From: Opitutia bacterium
GTDB taxonomy: Bacteria > Verrucomicrobiota > Verrucomicrobiia > Opitutales > Coraliomargaritaceae
Length of the DNA: 41,714 nucleotides
Assembly: GCA_018663485.1 (NCBI GenBank)
Contig: JABJQI010000180.1
Coordinates: forward strand, 1 to 41,714
Reading direction: 5' to 3'
This document shows, piece after piece, positions 20,314 through 28,316 of the stretch. Within the stretch, counting starts at the first letter, position 1, and each line of letters opens with the position of its first letter. Below the pieces are notes generated by a model, which did no database searches, was not told the origin of the DNA, and saw only the letters and a program-made list of their open reading frames with translations. Made by a program: the position numbers and the translations under genes.

Positions 20314-22581
20314 ATGAAAAATGATTATGTAAGGGGTGCTCCTGACCTGAATTCCGGTGGTTATGGATATGGTTATGGCGGTTATGGCGGTTACGGCTAT
20401 TCTGATGGAAGTTCTGGTGGTCCCGGCTATGGCTCCGGCGGTGCCCCTCAACGCTCTTTTAAGGATTATGCTCTCATGTTTCGCGAGCGAGTCTGGTATC
20501 TGATTGTGGCATTTTTCATCGTCTTTTCTGGCTCCATTCTTTATACTTTTAATAAGACTAAGGTGTACACCGCGGTCGCGATGGTTCAATTGTTGCGTGA
20601 TGATCCTTCGGCGATGGCAAGTGCCGAGCTGGAGCCGAATCAAATTCGATCCGCTGAGGATTTAAATACCCAAATTAGTGTTTTGAACAGTGGCACGATT
20701 GTCCGTGGAGTGGAGCGTCGGCTGCAAGATGATGAACGTGAACGGTTCATGGCACCTTACGCAGATGCATTGAGCTTTACTGGCCCACTCAGTCCTGCTG
20801 ATTTGTTGGCTAAAAATCGTAAGGTCATGCCGCAGCGTATGAGCCTGATGATTGCTGTGGGGTATACGCATCCTGATCCAATCATTGCTGCACGCGTGGC
20901 CAATCTGTTTGCGGATGAATTCATTAATTACAATTTGACGCTCAATATTGATGGTTCGATGAAAGCGGTTGAGGATTTGCGTATTCGTGCGGACCAGCAA
21001 AAGGAGCGTGTTGAAGAGCTTGAGTTAAAGTTGGCAGAGTACCGTGAGAATAACAATGCGGTGTCTCTAGATAGTCGTGAAAATATCGCAGGCACACAGC
21101 TCGCACGCTTGAATGAGATTAAACTTAATACCAAGAACGTGAATGATAATCTCGAGACTCGGTGGAATTTGATCGAGAGCTACCGTCGAGAGGATAAGAA
21201 TCTGTGGGAATTGTCTTTCATTGCTGAGCAGTCGCGTGTTTCGAACCTCCTGGAGCGCATCTCTGGGACCAAGATTCAAATATCTTCCTTATCTAAACGT
21301 TATCGTGAGAAGCATCCTGTGATGATTCAGCAGTTGCAGACCTTGCAGGAGTCTGAAGCAGAGTTGGCGTTGGCGGTTGCGAACTCGGTCGATAAGCTCG
21401 GTGCTGCGTATGCTGAATCGAAGAGCAATTTCGAGCTTGCGAGCCAGCGACTTGCTGAGAAAGAGGTTGAGCTCATTCAATTAAGTAAGACTCGTGTTGA
21501 ATATAGCTCCTTGGAGCGTGAGATGAATGTGCAGCAGGGTTTCTTGCAGGCGCTGGTTGGCCGCATGACGCAAGAGAGGGCGGCGGTGAATTTGAAGAAT
21601 CCAAATTCCCGTGTGATTGATGAGGCCTTGCCGCCGTTACGTCACTCCTCGCCTAACATTGTAATGAACTTAGCAGCCGGCTTTTTTGGTGGCTTGGCAG
21701 TCGGTGCGGGATTGATTTTTGTGGTCGCCTTTTTAGACGATCGTGTGAAGAGCGCGTTCGATATTGAAGGTACGATTGGGCTTTCGATGCTGGGTTTAAT
21801 TTCGCGAATTAAGAAGTTGGATTCGAATTCAAAAGCTCAGGCTGTGGCTTCGAATGTCGATCGTCACGTAACTGAGTCGTTTCGTTCGATTCACTCTGCG
21901 CTGAAGCTCAATGACGAGAGTAAGAATGCGAAAGTGATCGTGACGACCAGCACGGTTCCGGGAGAAGGAAAGTCTTTCGTTAGTTCAAATCTGGCGCTGA
22001 CATTTGCGAGTCATGGCGAGAAGACCTTGCTATTGGACGGTGATCTTCGTCTGCCGAATGTGGCCCGTTCACTCCAGCTAGAGAATGAATATGGTTTGCT
22101 AGACCACGTTGAAAAAGACGTAGGCTTGGATGAGGTGATTCTGACCGAAGTATATCCAAATCTGGATGTTTTGCCATCTGGGGGTAAGTCGAAGAATCCA
22201 ACGCAGATGCTCAATAGTGCCAAGTTTGAGGCGATGCTAGCTGAATTGCGTGATCGTTATGATCGAATCGTGATCGACTCTCCACCGCTTGCGGCGGTAA
22301 GTGACGTGCTCAACCTCCTGCCTCTGGCTGATGGTGTACTCTATGTGATCAAGTTTAATACCGTTAAGCGAAAGACCGCGGTGCAGAATGTTCGCCGCCT
22401 CTGGGAGTCGAACACGCCTGTATTTGGTGCGATTCTGAATAACATCTCGAGTGCACTCTCTAATTACTACTATTCCAGCTACTCCGATAAGGCCTATCAG
22501 GATTATTATATTCGCCAAGATGTGGAACTCGAAGAAGAGCTTGCTGGTTCGGTGGAACCTGAAATGGAGCCTCGGCCCTAG
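20314..22581 (+). CDS. wzc: Polysaccharide co-polymerase / BY-kinase (Wzc)
   Basis: Two TM helices flanking a periplasmic coiled coil (Y..KHP), Walker A TSTVPGEGKS, DGDLRLP, Walker B IVIDSPP, C-terminal Tyr cluster YYYSSYSDKAYQDYY. Confidence 0.93.
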   Translation: MKNDYVRGAPDLNSGGYGYGYGGYGGYGYSDGSSGGPGYGSGGAPQRSFKDYALMFRERVWYLIVAFFIVFSGSILYTFNKTKVYTAVAMVQLLRDDPSAMASAELEPNQIRSAEDLNTQISVLNSGTIVRGVERRLQDDERERFMAPYADALSFTGPLSPADLLAKNRKVMPQRMSLMIAVGYTHPDPIIAARVANLFADEFINYNLTLNIDGSMKAVEDLRIRADQQKERVEELELKLAEYRENNNAVSLDSRENIAGTQLARLNEIKLNTKNVNDNLETRWNLIESYRREDKNLWELSFIAEQSRVSNLLERISGTKIQISSLSKRYREKHPVMIQQLQTLQESEAELALAVANSVDKLGAAYAESKSNFELASQRLAEKEVELIQLSKTRVEYSSLEREMNVQQGFLQALVGRMTQERAAVNLKNPNSRVIDEALPPLRHSSPNIVMNLAAGFFGGLAVGAGLIFVVAFLDDRVKSAFDIEGTIGLSMLGLISRIKKLDSNSKAQAVASNVDRHVTESFRSIHSALKLNDESKNAKVIVTTSTVPGEGKSFVSSNLALTFASHGEKTLLLDGDLRLPNVARSLQLENEYGLLDHVEKDVGLDEVILTEVYPNLDVLPSGGKSKNPTQMLNSAKFEAMLAELRDRYDRIVIDSPPLAAVSDVLNLLPLADGVLYVIKFNTVKRKTAVQNVRRLWESNTPVFGAILNNISSALSNYYYSSYSDKAYQDYYIRQDVELEEELAGSVEPEMEPRP

Positions 22582-22604
22582 GCGGCCCCTTCGAATGAAT
22601 TAAC

Positions 22605-22636
22605 AAAAGACCCGCCAGTGAAGGCGGGTCTTTTTT
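22605..22636 (+). terminator. Intrinsic terminator after wzc
   Basis: AAAAGACCCGCC-AGTGAA-GGCGGGTCTTTTTT. Confidence 0.88.
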
Positions 22637-22659
22637 GTGCTGGATCTTCGGATACGGGG

Positions 22660-22778
22660 GGAGCGCTAAGGTACTGCAATAGAGTAAGGGGCTCCATTTA
22701 TACACAGTACATCAGTCCGGCGCCGATCCCGACCGTGTGTCTCTCGGTGCCTTACATTGATAGGAGCGTTGAGGCACC
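22660..22778. repeat. Degenerate palindromic / REP-like cluster
   Basis: GGCGCCGA...TCGGTGCC stem followed by TTAC (GTAA tetranucleotide on the minus strand); imperfect direct repeats GGAGCGCTAAGGTACT (22660) and GGAGCGTTGAGGCACC (22763). Confidence 0.45.
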
Positions 22779-22790
22779 TAATCGGCCACT

Positions 22791-23798
22791 TCACTCTGCC
22801 TCATGCTTGGCCGCGGCGCGACCGAGTCGATCGTTAATTGCATGGCCGAGTCCCGCTTCGGTTGCCTGTTCGATCCACAGCTGCTGGTAGCCTTGCTGGT
22901 CGAGTCGTTGGATTAACTCAAACAGGTTGTGGGCGATTTCATTGAGCTCGCCTGTTTCGGAGAGCCAGAAGATATTGGCCTGATCAGTATGCCAGGTGGG
23001 CTTTTGATTGCAGATGAGCGCAATCCCTGATTCGGGCGCAGCGTCTGCGGTTAATGTCTCACCGTGCGCAAGTAGAGTGACTCGAGCTGTTGGACTGTAG
23101 TGCTTGGTCAGTAGACCAGGGGCACTTTGAGGGGCAGTGTCATCCCCGGCACCATTGTGTGAGCGTACGTCGATCTGTAAGGTTTTGTTAACCTGTGCTG
23201 CGGTAACTGGGCCGTGCCTAAGAATGACGGGAACTTGTGGATTGCGCAGATCAATGATGGTTGATTCGAGTCCGAAGTCGCAGGGGCCACCATCGAGTAC
23301 TGCTTGAATGCGGCTGCCGAGAGTGTGCGCCACGTGACTGGCGCGCGTCGGGCTGACGTAGCCAAAAGGGTTAGCGCTGGGTGCGGCCAGTGGAAAGTTG
23401 AGGCGCTTTAGGATGTTGCGAAAGACTGGGTGCTGTGGCACGCGGATTGCCACACTAGGGAGGCCAGCCGTTACTAGGTCGGGGATACTTGCTTGCTTCG
23501 GCACCACTATGGTTAGCGGCCCTGGCCAGAAGGCTGCTGCGAGTTGGCGTACGCTATCGTTGGTTTCGATATGTGCCTCTGCCGCAGCTAGGTCGCTGAA
23601 GTGCACAATTAATGGGTCCAGCAGCGGGCGGCCTTTGACTGCGAAGATCTTGCGCACGCTGCTTGTATTGAGTGCATTACCAGCGAGGCCGTAGACGGTC
23701 TCAGTTGGCATGCCGATCACCTCGTCGTCGCGCAGCAATTCAGCGCAGTGAGCCAGGTTCGCTGCGTTGGGCTTGAGGATTTTGTTGCTGTGATCCAT
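22791..23798 (-). CDS. sua5: L-threonylcarbamoyladenylate synthase (Sua5 type)
   Basis: PTETVYGLA, KGRP..DPLIVH, FWPGPLT, AAPSAN, GLESTIID, APGLLTKHYSP plus C-terminal Sua5 domain. Confidence 0.95.
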   Translation of the reverse strand: MDHSNKILKPNAANLAHCAELLRDDEVIGMPTETVYGLAGNALNTSSVRKIFAVKGRPLLDPLIVHFSDLAAAEAHIETNDSVRQLAAAFWPGPLTIVVPKQASIPDLVTAGLPSVAIRVPQHPVFRNILKRLNFPLAAPSANPFGYVSPTRASHVAHTLGSRIQAVLDGGPCDFGLESTIIDLRNPQVPVILRHGPVTAAQVNKTLQIDVRSHNGAGDDTAPQSAPGLLTKHYSPTARVTLLAHGETLTADAAPESGIALICNQKPTWHTDQANIFWLSETGELNEIAHNLFELIQRLDQQGYQQLWIEQATEAGLGHAINDRLGRAAAKHEAE

Positions 23799-23820
23799 AT
23801 GAAATTGGAGCTGTAGATAT

Positions 23821-23850
23821 AAAAAATCCTTCCCCTAAAGAGGAAGGATT
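23821..23850 (-). terminator. Intrinsic terminator after rpsR
   Basis: Minus strand AATCCTTCCTC-TTTA-GGGGAAGGATT followed by a T tract. Confidence 0.85.
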
Positions 23851-23876
23851 GGAAAGTCCTATATTCGTGACGCAGC

Positions 23877-24074
23877 TTACTGCATTGTCAGCATGTTACG
23901 ACCCTGCTTGATGAGTTTCGTAATGCGACGCTGATGTTTAGCGGAAAGGCCTGTGTCTTTACGAGGAAGGATCTTGCCCGTTTCGGTGACGAAGCGGGAT
24001 AGTTGCTCTACATCGTTGAACGTGAAGTCCATCGGATTGCGAGAGCGATTGAGTTTCTTAGTGTCTGTGCTCAT
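23877..24074 (-). CDS. rpsR: 30S ribosomal protein bS18 (no Zn-binding cysteines)
   Basis: D...[33 protein letters not shown] matches the S18 core. Confidence 0.95.
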   Translation of the reverse strand: MSTDTKKLNRSRNPMDFTFNDVEQLSRFVTETGKILPRKDTGLSAKHQRRITKLIKQGRNMLTMQ

Positions 24075-24083
24075 AAAGCGAAG

Positions 24084-24108
24084 GAAAGTAGGTGTTCCAG
24101 TCGCAGGT
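24084..24108 (-). promoter_or_regulatory. 16S rRNA 3'-end-like element in the rpsR leader (putative regulatory mimic)
   Basis: mRNA-sense ACCTGCGACTGGAACACCTACTTTC vs consensus 16S 3' end ACCTGCGGCTGGATCACCTCCTTTC: 22/25 identical; ends 9 nt before the AUG. Function inferred. Confidence 0.5.
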
Positions 24109-24173
24109 GCAAGTAAAATTTTCGCCCTTGTCGGCTGCTTAATTACTTCAGTAAGTTATTGTTTGTCAATGCT

Positions 24174-26300
24174 TTAAGTGTTTATTTGGATGACTTCCAA
24201 GAACTCTGGCAGTACGGATTTCAATTTAGCGGGCCCAATTCCTTTGATATTGAGGGCCTCTTGTTCGGTTTGAGGTTTCTGATTGGCGAGCTCAACGAGC
24301 ACCGAATTTGGGAATACAGTAAATGCAGGTTTGCCGGTTTTAGCAGCCATCTTGGCACGATGCCCAACCAACAGCCCATACAGACGGCGATCCATTATGC
24401 CTCCCAATTCGCTGCCTTTGCGATTGGCGTGAGTGGTTGAGTTGCCGCTTTTATGCCTAAGCGCTCCGGCGGTGCGTTCGGGTAGTTCAAGGTCGATACG
24501 TTCTGCGCCACGCATAACACGTGCACCTGTGGGCATTAATTGCAGCAACGGATAGTTCCCCTCAATGACAGTCTGCACCAGGCCGGCGCGTTCAAGGCAT
24601 TTGAACAGCGCATCAACGTAGGCGCTGCCTTCACTCTTAAGTATGCCGTGTGTGGATAGTTCGTCGAGGCCAATGTCGCGGATCGCTGAGCTTTGGCTGC
24701 CGAGCAGGCATTGGATGATCTTTCGTTTGCCGAAACGTGGCGCCCACTCATCGGCGCCGAGGTGACGACTCATGCGTGCCACGCCGCTGAGGGCTTTTTG
24801 TACGAGCGTGAATTCGTCTTTGCTCGGCTCGCGGGCGGCGCGATTCTTGGCCTGTTTGCAATTGTCGCAGCGCTTACAGTCTGCGCCGTTGCGTTCGCCG
24901 AAGTAGTCGAGGATCCATTTTTGGCGGCAGCTTTGCGCATACGAAAAACTGATCACGGTTTTGAGGCGCTCTTCGTCGCGAGCCGCTTTAAGAGCCAGCG
25001 CTTGGCCATCAATCGGTAAGCTGTTGCCACTTTGCCCGAGTTGCTTGATGCGCGTGCCCTTCAGGCGTTTGCCGGGTATGTCGAAGCGTTCGATCCAGCC
25101 TTGCCGAGCCAATACCGAGATGGCGGTGCTGACTGCCATGGGATTGACCTTGCGGCCGACGCGGTCGCAGAGATCGTCCACGGGTAGTCGCACTTCGTGC
25201 TGCGCGTCACTTTCCGCGCAGAGTAGGTCAAAGATTTCGGCGATCAGTGCTTTGCCGGGATTGGCGCCGTCGATGAAAAAGTCTTGCACGCGCTTGTCCG
25301 CATAGGAAAAAAGCATTTCACACACGGAGGGCTTGCCGTCGCGTCCGGCGCGTCCGCCTTCCTGGTAGTAGGCCTCGACGCTGCCGGGCATTTCGTAGTG
25401 GCAGACGAAGCGGATGTCGGAGCGGTCGATGCCCATACCGAAGGCATTGGTGGCGACCACGATATTGGCGCCGCCGGTCATGAAGCTTTCCTGTGCGGCA
25501 GTGCGGTCGCGATCGGAGAGGCCGCCGTGGTAACGTATTACAGAGCTGGTTAAATGCGCGATTTTACCCGCCACAGCATCGACCGATTTACGCGTTGCGC
25601 AATAAATGATACCAGTGGTGTGTTGCTTGATCAGTGCCTGTAGCGCTTGTATCTTATCGTTGTCAGAATTGGTCTGACGCACTCTGAAGCTCAAGTTGTC
25701 GCGGGCAAATCCTGCGACAAACTCGGCGGCATCCTCCATTTCGAGGCTCTTCTTGATGTCGAGCTGCACATCCGGCGTCGCCGTCGCGGTCAATGCAATG
25801 CACGGCGGATTGCCGATGGCTTTGCGCGCTTCGCCGAGGCGCATGTAGTCGGGGCGGAAGTCGTGCCCCCACTGCGAGAGGCAGTGTGCTTCATCGATCG
25901 CGAACAGGCTGATCGCATGTTTCGATAGTGCATTGAGAAATGATTGTGAGCGAAAGCGCTCCGGGGCCACGTAAACGAGTTTCAGTGTGCGATTGCGGAT
26001 GCCATCCAGTGTTTCCCGTTGTTGCTCCAGAGTTTGTGAGCTATTCAGTAAGCCAGCCGGTAGACCCCGAGCTTGCAGTGCATCGACCTGATCTTTCATC
26101 AGTGCGATCAATGGCGAGACGACTAAGGTAACGCCAGGTAACAGCAGCGCTGGCAACTGGAAGCAGAGGCTCTTGCCGCCGCCGGTTGGCATCACGACGA
26201 GCGTATCTTTCCCCTCCAGCACCGCGCGTATAATATCGCCTTGCGGTTCCCTAAAAGTGGGCATGCCGAAATACTTTTGCAGTGCATCTTCTGGTGTCAT
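24174..26300 (-). CDS. recQ: ATP-dependent DNA helicase RecQ family
   Basis: MPTGGGKSLCFQLP, DEAHCLSQWGHDFRP, ALTATAT, ATNAFGMGID, QEGGRAGRDG, Zn-binding CR...C..CDNC, RQC and HRDC domains. Confidence 0.95.
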   Translation of the reverse strand: MTPEDALQKYFGMPTFREPQGDIIRAVLEGKDTLVVMPTGGGKSLCFQLPALLLPGVTLVVSPLIALMKDQVDALQARGLPAGLLNSSQTLEQQRETLDGIRNRTLKLVYVAPERFRSQSFLNALSKHAISLFAIDEAHCLSQWGHDFRPDYMRLGEARKAIGNPPCIALTATATPDVQLDIKKSLEMEDAAEFVAGFARDNLSFRVRQTNSDNDKIQALQALIKQHTTGIIYCATRKSVDAVAGKIAHLTSSVIRYHGGLSDRDRTAAQESFMTGGANIVVATNAFGMGIDRSDIRFVCHYEMPGSVEAYYQEGGRAGRDGKPSVCEMLFSYADKRVQDFFIDGANPGKALIAEIFDLLCAESDAQHEVRLPVDDLCDRVGRKVNPMAVSTAISVLARQGWIERFDIPGKRLKGTRIKQLGQSGNSLPIDGQALALKAARDEERLKTVISFSYAQSCRQKWILDYFGERNGADCKRCDNCKQAKNRAAREPSKDEFTLVQKALSGVARMSRHLGADEWAPRFGKRKIIQCLLGSQSSAIRDIGLDELSTHGILKSEGSAYVDALFKCLERAGLVQTVIEGNYPLLQLMPTGARVMRGAERIDLELPERTAGALRHKSGNSTTHANRKGSELGGIMDRRLYGLLVGHRAKMAAKTGKPAFTVFPNSVLVELANQKPQTEQEALNIKGIGPAKLKSVLPEFLEVIQINT

Positions 26301-26406
26301 TGCGTTTGACTGTGCGAATGTTCACCAGTTTGCCAAGTCTAAGCTTTATCTATCTCTGAGCTTGATCGTTTGTTCGAGGAGCCTAGGTTCGGCGCATCTG
26401 ATTCTC

Positions 26407-26481
26407 GTTCCCGTAGTTCAATGGATAGAACAACTGTTTCCTAAATAGTCGATCTGGGTTCGATTCCCAGCGGGAATACCA
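26407..26481 (+). tRNA. tRNA-Arg(CCT)
   Basis: Cloverleaf: acceptor GTTCCCG/CGGGAAT, D arm GTTC/GAAC, anticodon arm ACTGT-TTCCTAA-ATAGT, T arm CTGGG-TTCGATT-CCCAG, encoded CCA. Confidence 0.95.
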
Positions 26482-26565
26482 GGCTGCGCATGGTGACACA
26501 CTTGCGTGCGAGTTAGTCGAACCCAGAAAGTGATCTGGGTGTGGTCTTCGCCTGCGGCTGCGTAG

Positions 26566-26589
26566 TCGATTCTCCGCGGGAATACCAGG
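26566..26589 (+). repeat. Imperfect duplicate of the tRNA-Arg 3' end (att-like)
   Basis: TCGATTCTCCGCGGGAATACCAGG vs TCGATTCCCAGCGGGAATACCAGG at 26460-26483 (22/24). Confidence 0.8.
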
Positions 26590-26645
26590 GTGTGTGAAGC
26601 GCTGCTGCGAAAAACGCACTTAGCTGTTCGCATGCATTTTGAATT

Positions 26646-26702
26646 GGAGCGAGGGCGACTCGCCCTCGTCGTTGCCTAATGTGGGCGAGTCGGCCACACT
26701 CC
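26646..26702. repeat. REP-like inverted doublet (GGAG type)
   Basis: GGAGCGAGGGCGACTCGCCCTC (26646-26667) and inverted copy GTGGGCGAGTCGGCCACACTCC (26681-26702), 18/22 identical, each internally palindromic. Confidence 0.75.
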
Positions 26703-27374
26703 TTATAACTGCTTCAGGTATTTCTTGCCGTTGGGATCGATGAACAGGATGCGCTTTTCCTGAATGATTAAAACTTTGAGGCCGAGTCCGAGGTTGACGG
26801 TTTCGCCGACTGAATAGGCTTTGTTGTTGAGGATCACTTTGTTGCCACTGGTCGAGAGCCGCACGCCGGAGATTTTCGATTTACCCAGCCATTGAATAAT
26901 ATCTTGGCTCGGTTTGGCTGCTGCTTTGGTTGCGGCGAGTTGCTTCGCGGCTTCTACTTGTTTGGCGGAGGTCGCATCGGCGGCGGCTTTCGCTTCGGCA
27001 GCCACGCGCGCTAGACGTAGGTCATTGAGCACGCTGGGGCTGTCTTGCTCGAGTGGCTGAGTCGGTGCGGGAGTCGGTGCGGCAAGCGGTTGAATTGCTG
27101 GTTTTGCTGGGGCTATCTGCTTTGCTGGAGCAGGAAGTGTTACGGCTTGTTGGGCGACTGGTGCGGGGTCTTTACGGAGGACGACAATGGTGAGTCCTGC
27201 GACGAGGCCGATGAGGAGGGCGATGCCAGCGACGAGGCCGATGAGGAGTCCTGGCTGGTTGCTGTTGGTGGGATAATGCGGGCGTGGGGCGCTGGCTTGC
27301 TCGCCGCCTGTGGTCGCGTGGGTAGGCGTGCGCTGGTTCTGAGCCTTGCGGAGGGCTTGGTTAATTAAAGACAT
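26703..27374 (-). CDS. GspB/ExeB-like membrane protein
   Basis: MSLINQALRKAQ N-terminus, single TM, Pro/Ala linker, C-terminal domain (VILNNKAYSVGE); follows an ExeA ATPase. Start placed at ATG 27374. Confidence 0.72.
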   Translation of the reverse strand: MSLINQALRKAQNQRTPTHATTGGEQASAPRPHYPTNSNQPGLLIGLVAGIALLIGLVAGLTIVVLRKDPAPVAQQAVTLPAPAKQIAPAKPAIQPLAAPTPAPTQPLEQDSPSVLNDLRLARVAAEAKAAADATSAKQVEAAKQLAATKAAAKPSQDIIQWLGKSKISGVRLSTSGNKVILNNKAYSVGETVNLGLGLKVLIIQEKRILFIDPNGKKYLKQL

Positions 27375-27421
27375 AGGTGAGTGTCGCCTGTGGCGAGTGA
27401 GAGTGGTAGTAATTAGGGAGA

Positions 27422-28240
27422 CTACTTGTGTAATCGGTTGATGTCTTTGAGGGCCTTGCGGGCATCCCACCAATTGACATCGGTGCCATTGCGAATGAAG
27501 GACGCGAGGAGCGCCTTGTCGCAAATATTGTTGATCATGCGAGGGATACCTAGACTGCCTTTGGCAATTTTCTTGATCGCACGCGGGGTGAATTTTGGTT
27601 GTCCGTTGCTGCCTGCGAGGCTGAGGCGATGAAGGATGTAGAGCTGCACCTCGGCGGCGTTGAGTGGTTGAAGGTCGTAGTGGACGAGCACACGCTGGCG
27701 AAACTGGCGCAGGCGTTCTTCTTTGAGTTTGATGTTCAGCTCGGGTTGCCCCATCAGGATGATCTGCAACAACTTTTGATCGTAGGTTTCGAGATTAGAG
27801 AGCATCCGAAGCATCTCCATTACTTCGAAGGACAGATTTTGTGCCTCGTCGATGATCAACACGATGTCGCGGCCTTGGTCGATGCGCTCGAGTAGAACGT
27901 CATTCATCTTATCGAGTAGGTCGCTTTTTGAGCGGGCTTTCGACTCTTCGCCGAGCTCTTTCATGATACCTTTGAGGAGTTGTGTTTCTGAGATACTGGG
28001 GTTCAATAGTAGCGCGGTATCGCACATTTCATTGGCTTCTAGCTCTTCGAGAAGCTTGCGGCACAGCGTGGTTTTGCCGCAACCGACTTCTCCAGTGAGG
28101 ACGATAAAGCCCTTTTTATCCTCAATGCCGTAGCGAAGGTGCTGCAGTGCCTCTTCGTGGGTCGGGCTGAGAAATAGGAAATGCGGATTAGGCGTGATGT
28201 GAAAGGGCATTTCCGAAAAGCCAAAATAATCCTGATACAT
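27422..28240 (-). CDS. ExeA/GspA-family AAA ATPase (short form)
   Basis: MY.DYFGF.E.PF.ITPNP.FLF, Walker A GEVGCGKT, Walker B IIDEAQNL, GQPEL, GIPR.IN.ICD. Confidence 0.92.
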   Translation of the reverse strand: MYQDYFGFSEMPFHITPNPHFLFLSPTHEEALQHLRYGIEDKKGFIVLTGEVGCGKTTLCRKLLEELEANEMCDTALLLNPSISETQLLKGIMKELGEESKARSKSDLLDKMNDVLLERIDQGRDIVLIIDEAQNLSFEVMEMLRMLSNLETYDQKLLQIILMGQPELNIKLKEERLRQFRQRVLVHYDLQPLNAAEVQLYILHRLSLAGSNGQPKFTPRAIKKIAKGSLGIPRMINNICDKALLASFIRNGTDVNWWDARKALKDINRLHK

Positions 28241-28316
28241 ATGTGGTGGAATCTTCTATGCGAAGCTGAGTTTTCCCTTTCCAATATTAATAAAATGACC
28301 TTCAGTATTGAGTCCA

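Noticed and set aside
22618-22890. 90-aa plus-strand ORF
   Set aside because: Starts inside the wzc terminator, crosses palindromic repeats and overlaps sua5 antisense; no protein-like features.
24084-24108. 16S rRNA gene or fragment
   Set aside because: Only about 25 nt of similarity in a 99-bp intergenic region with no other rRNA sequence; treated as a possible mimic instead.
26301-26406. Verrucomicrobial LexA box (TGTTC-N4-GAACA) upstream of recQ, also sought at dnaE and phr
   Set aside because: Only half sites (TGTTC) were found, no complete palindrome.
26490-26589. Second tRNA gene ending in CCA at about 26587
   Set aside because: No acceptor-stem 5' strand, D arm or intact T arm can be folded; only a 3'-end duplication.
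26703-27524. Longer 273-aa version of the GspB-like ORF
   Set aside because: The extension overlaps the ExeA gene by about 100 nt; MSLINQALRKAQ at 27374 is the family-typical start.
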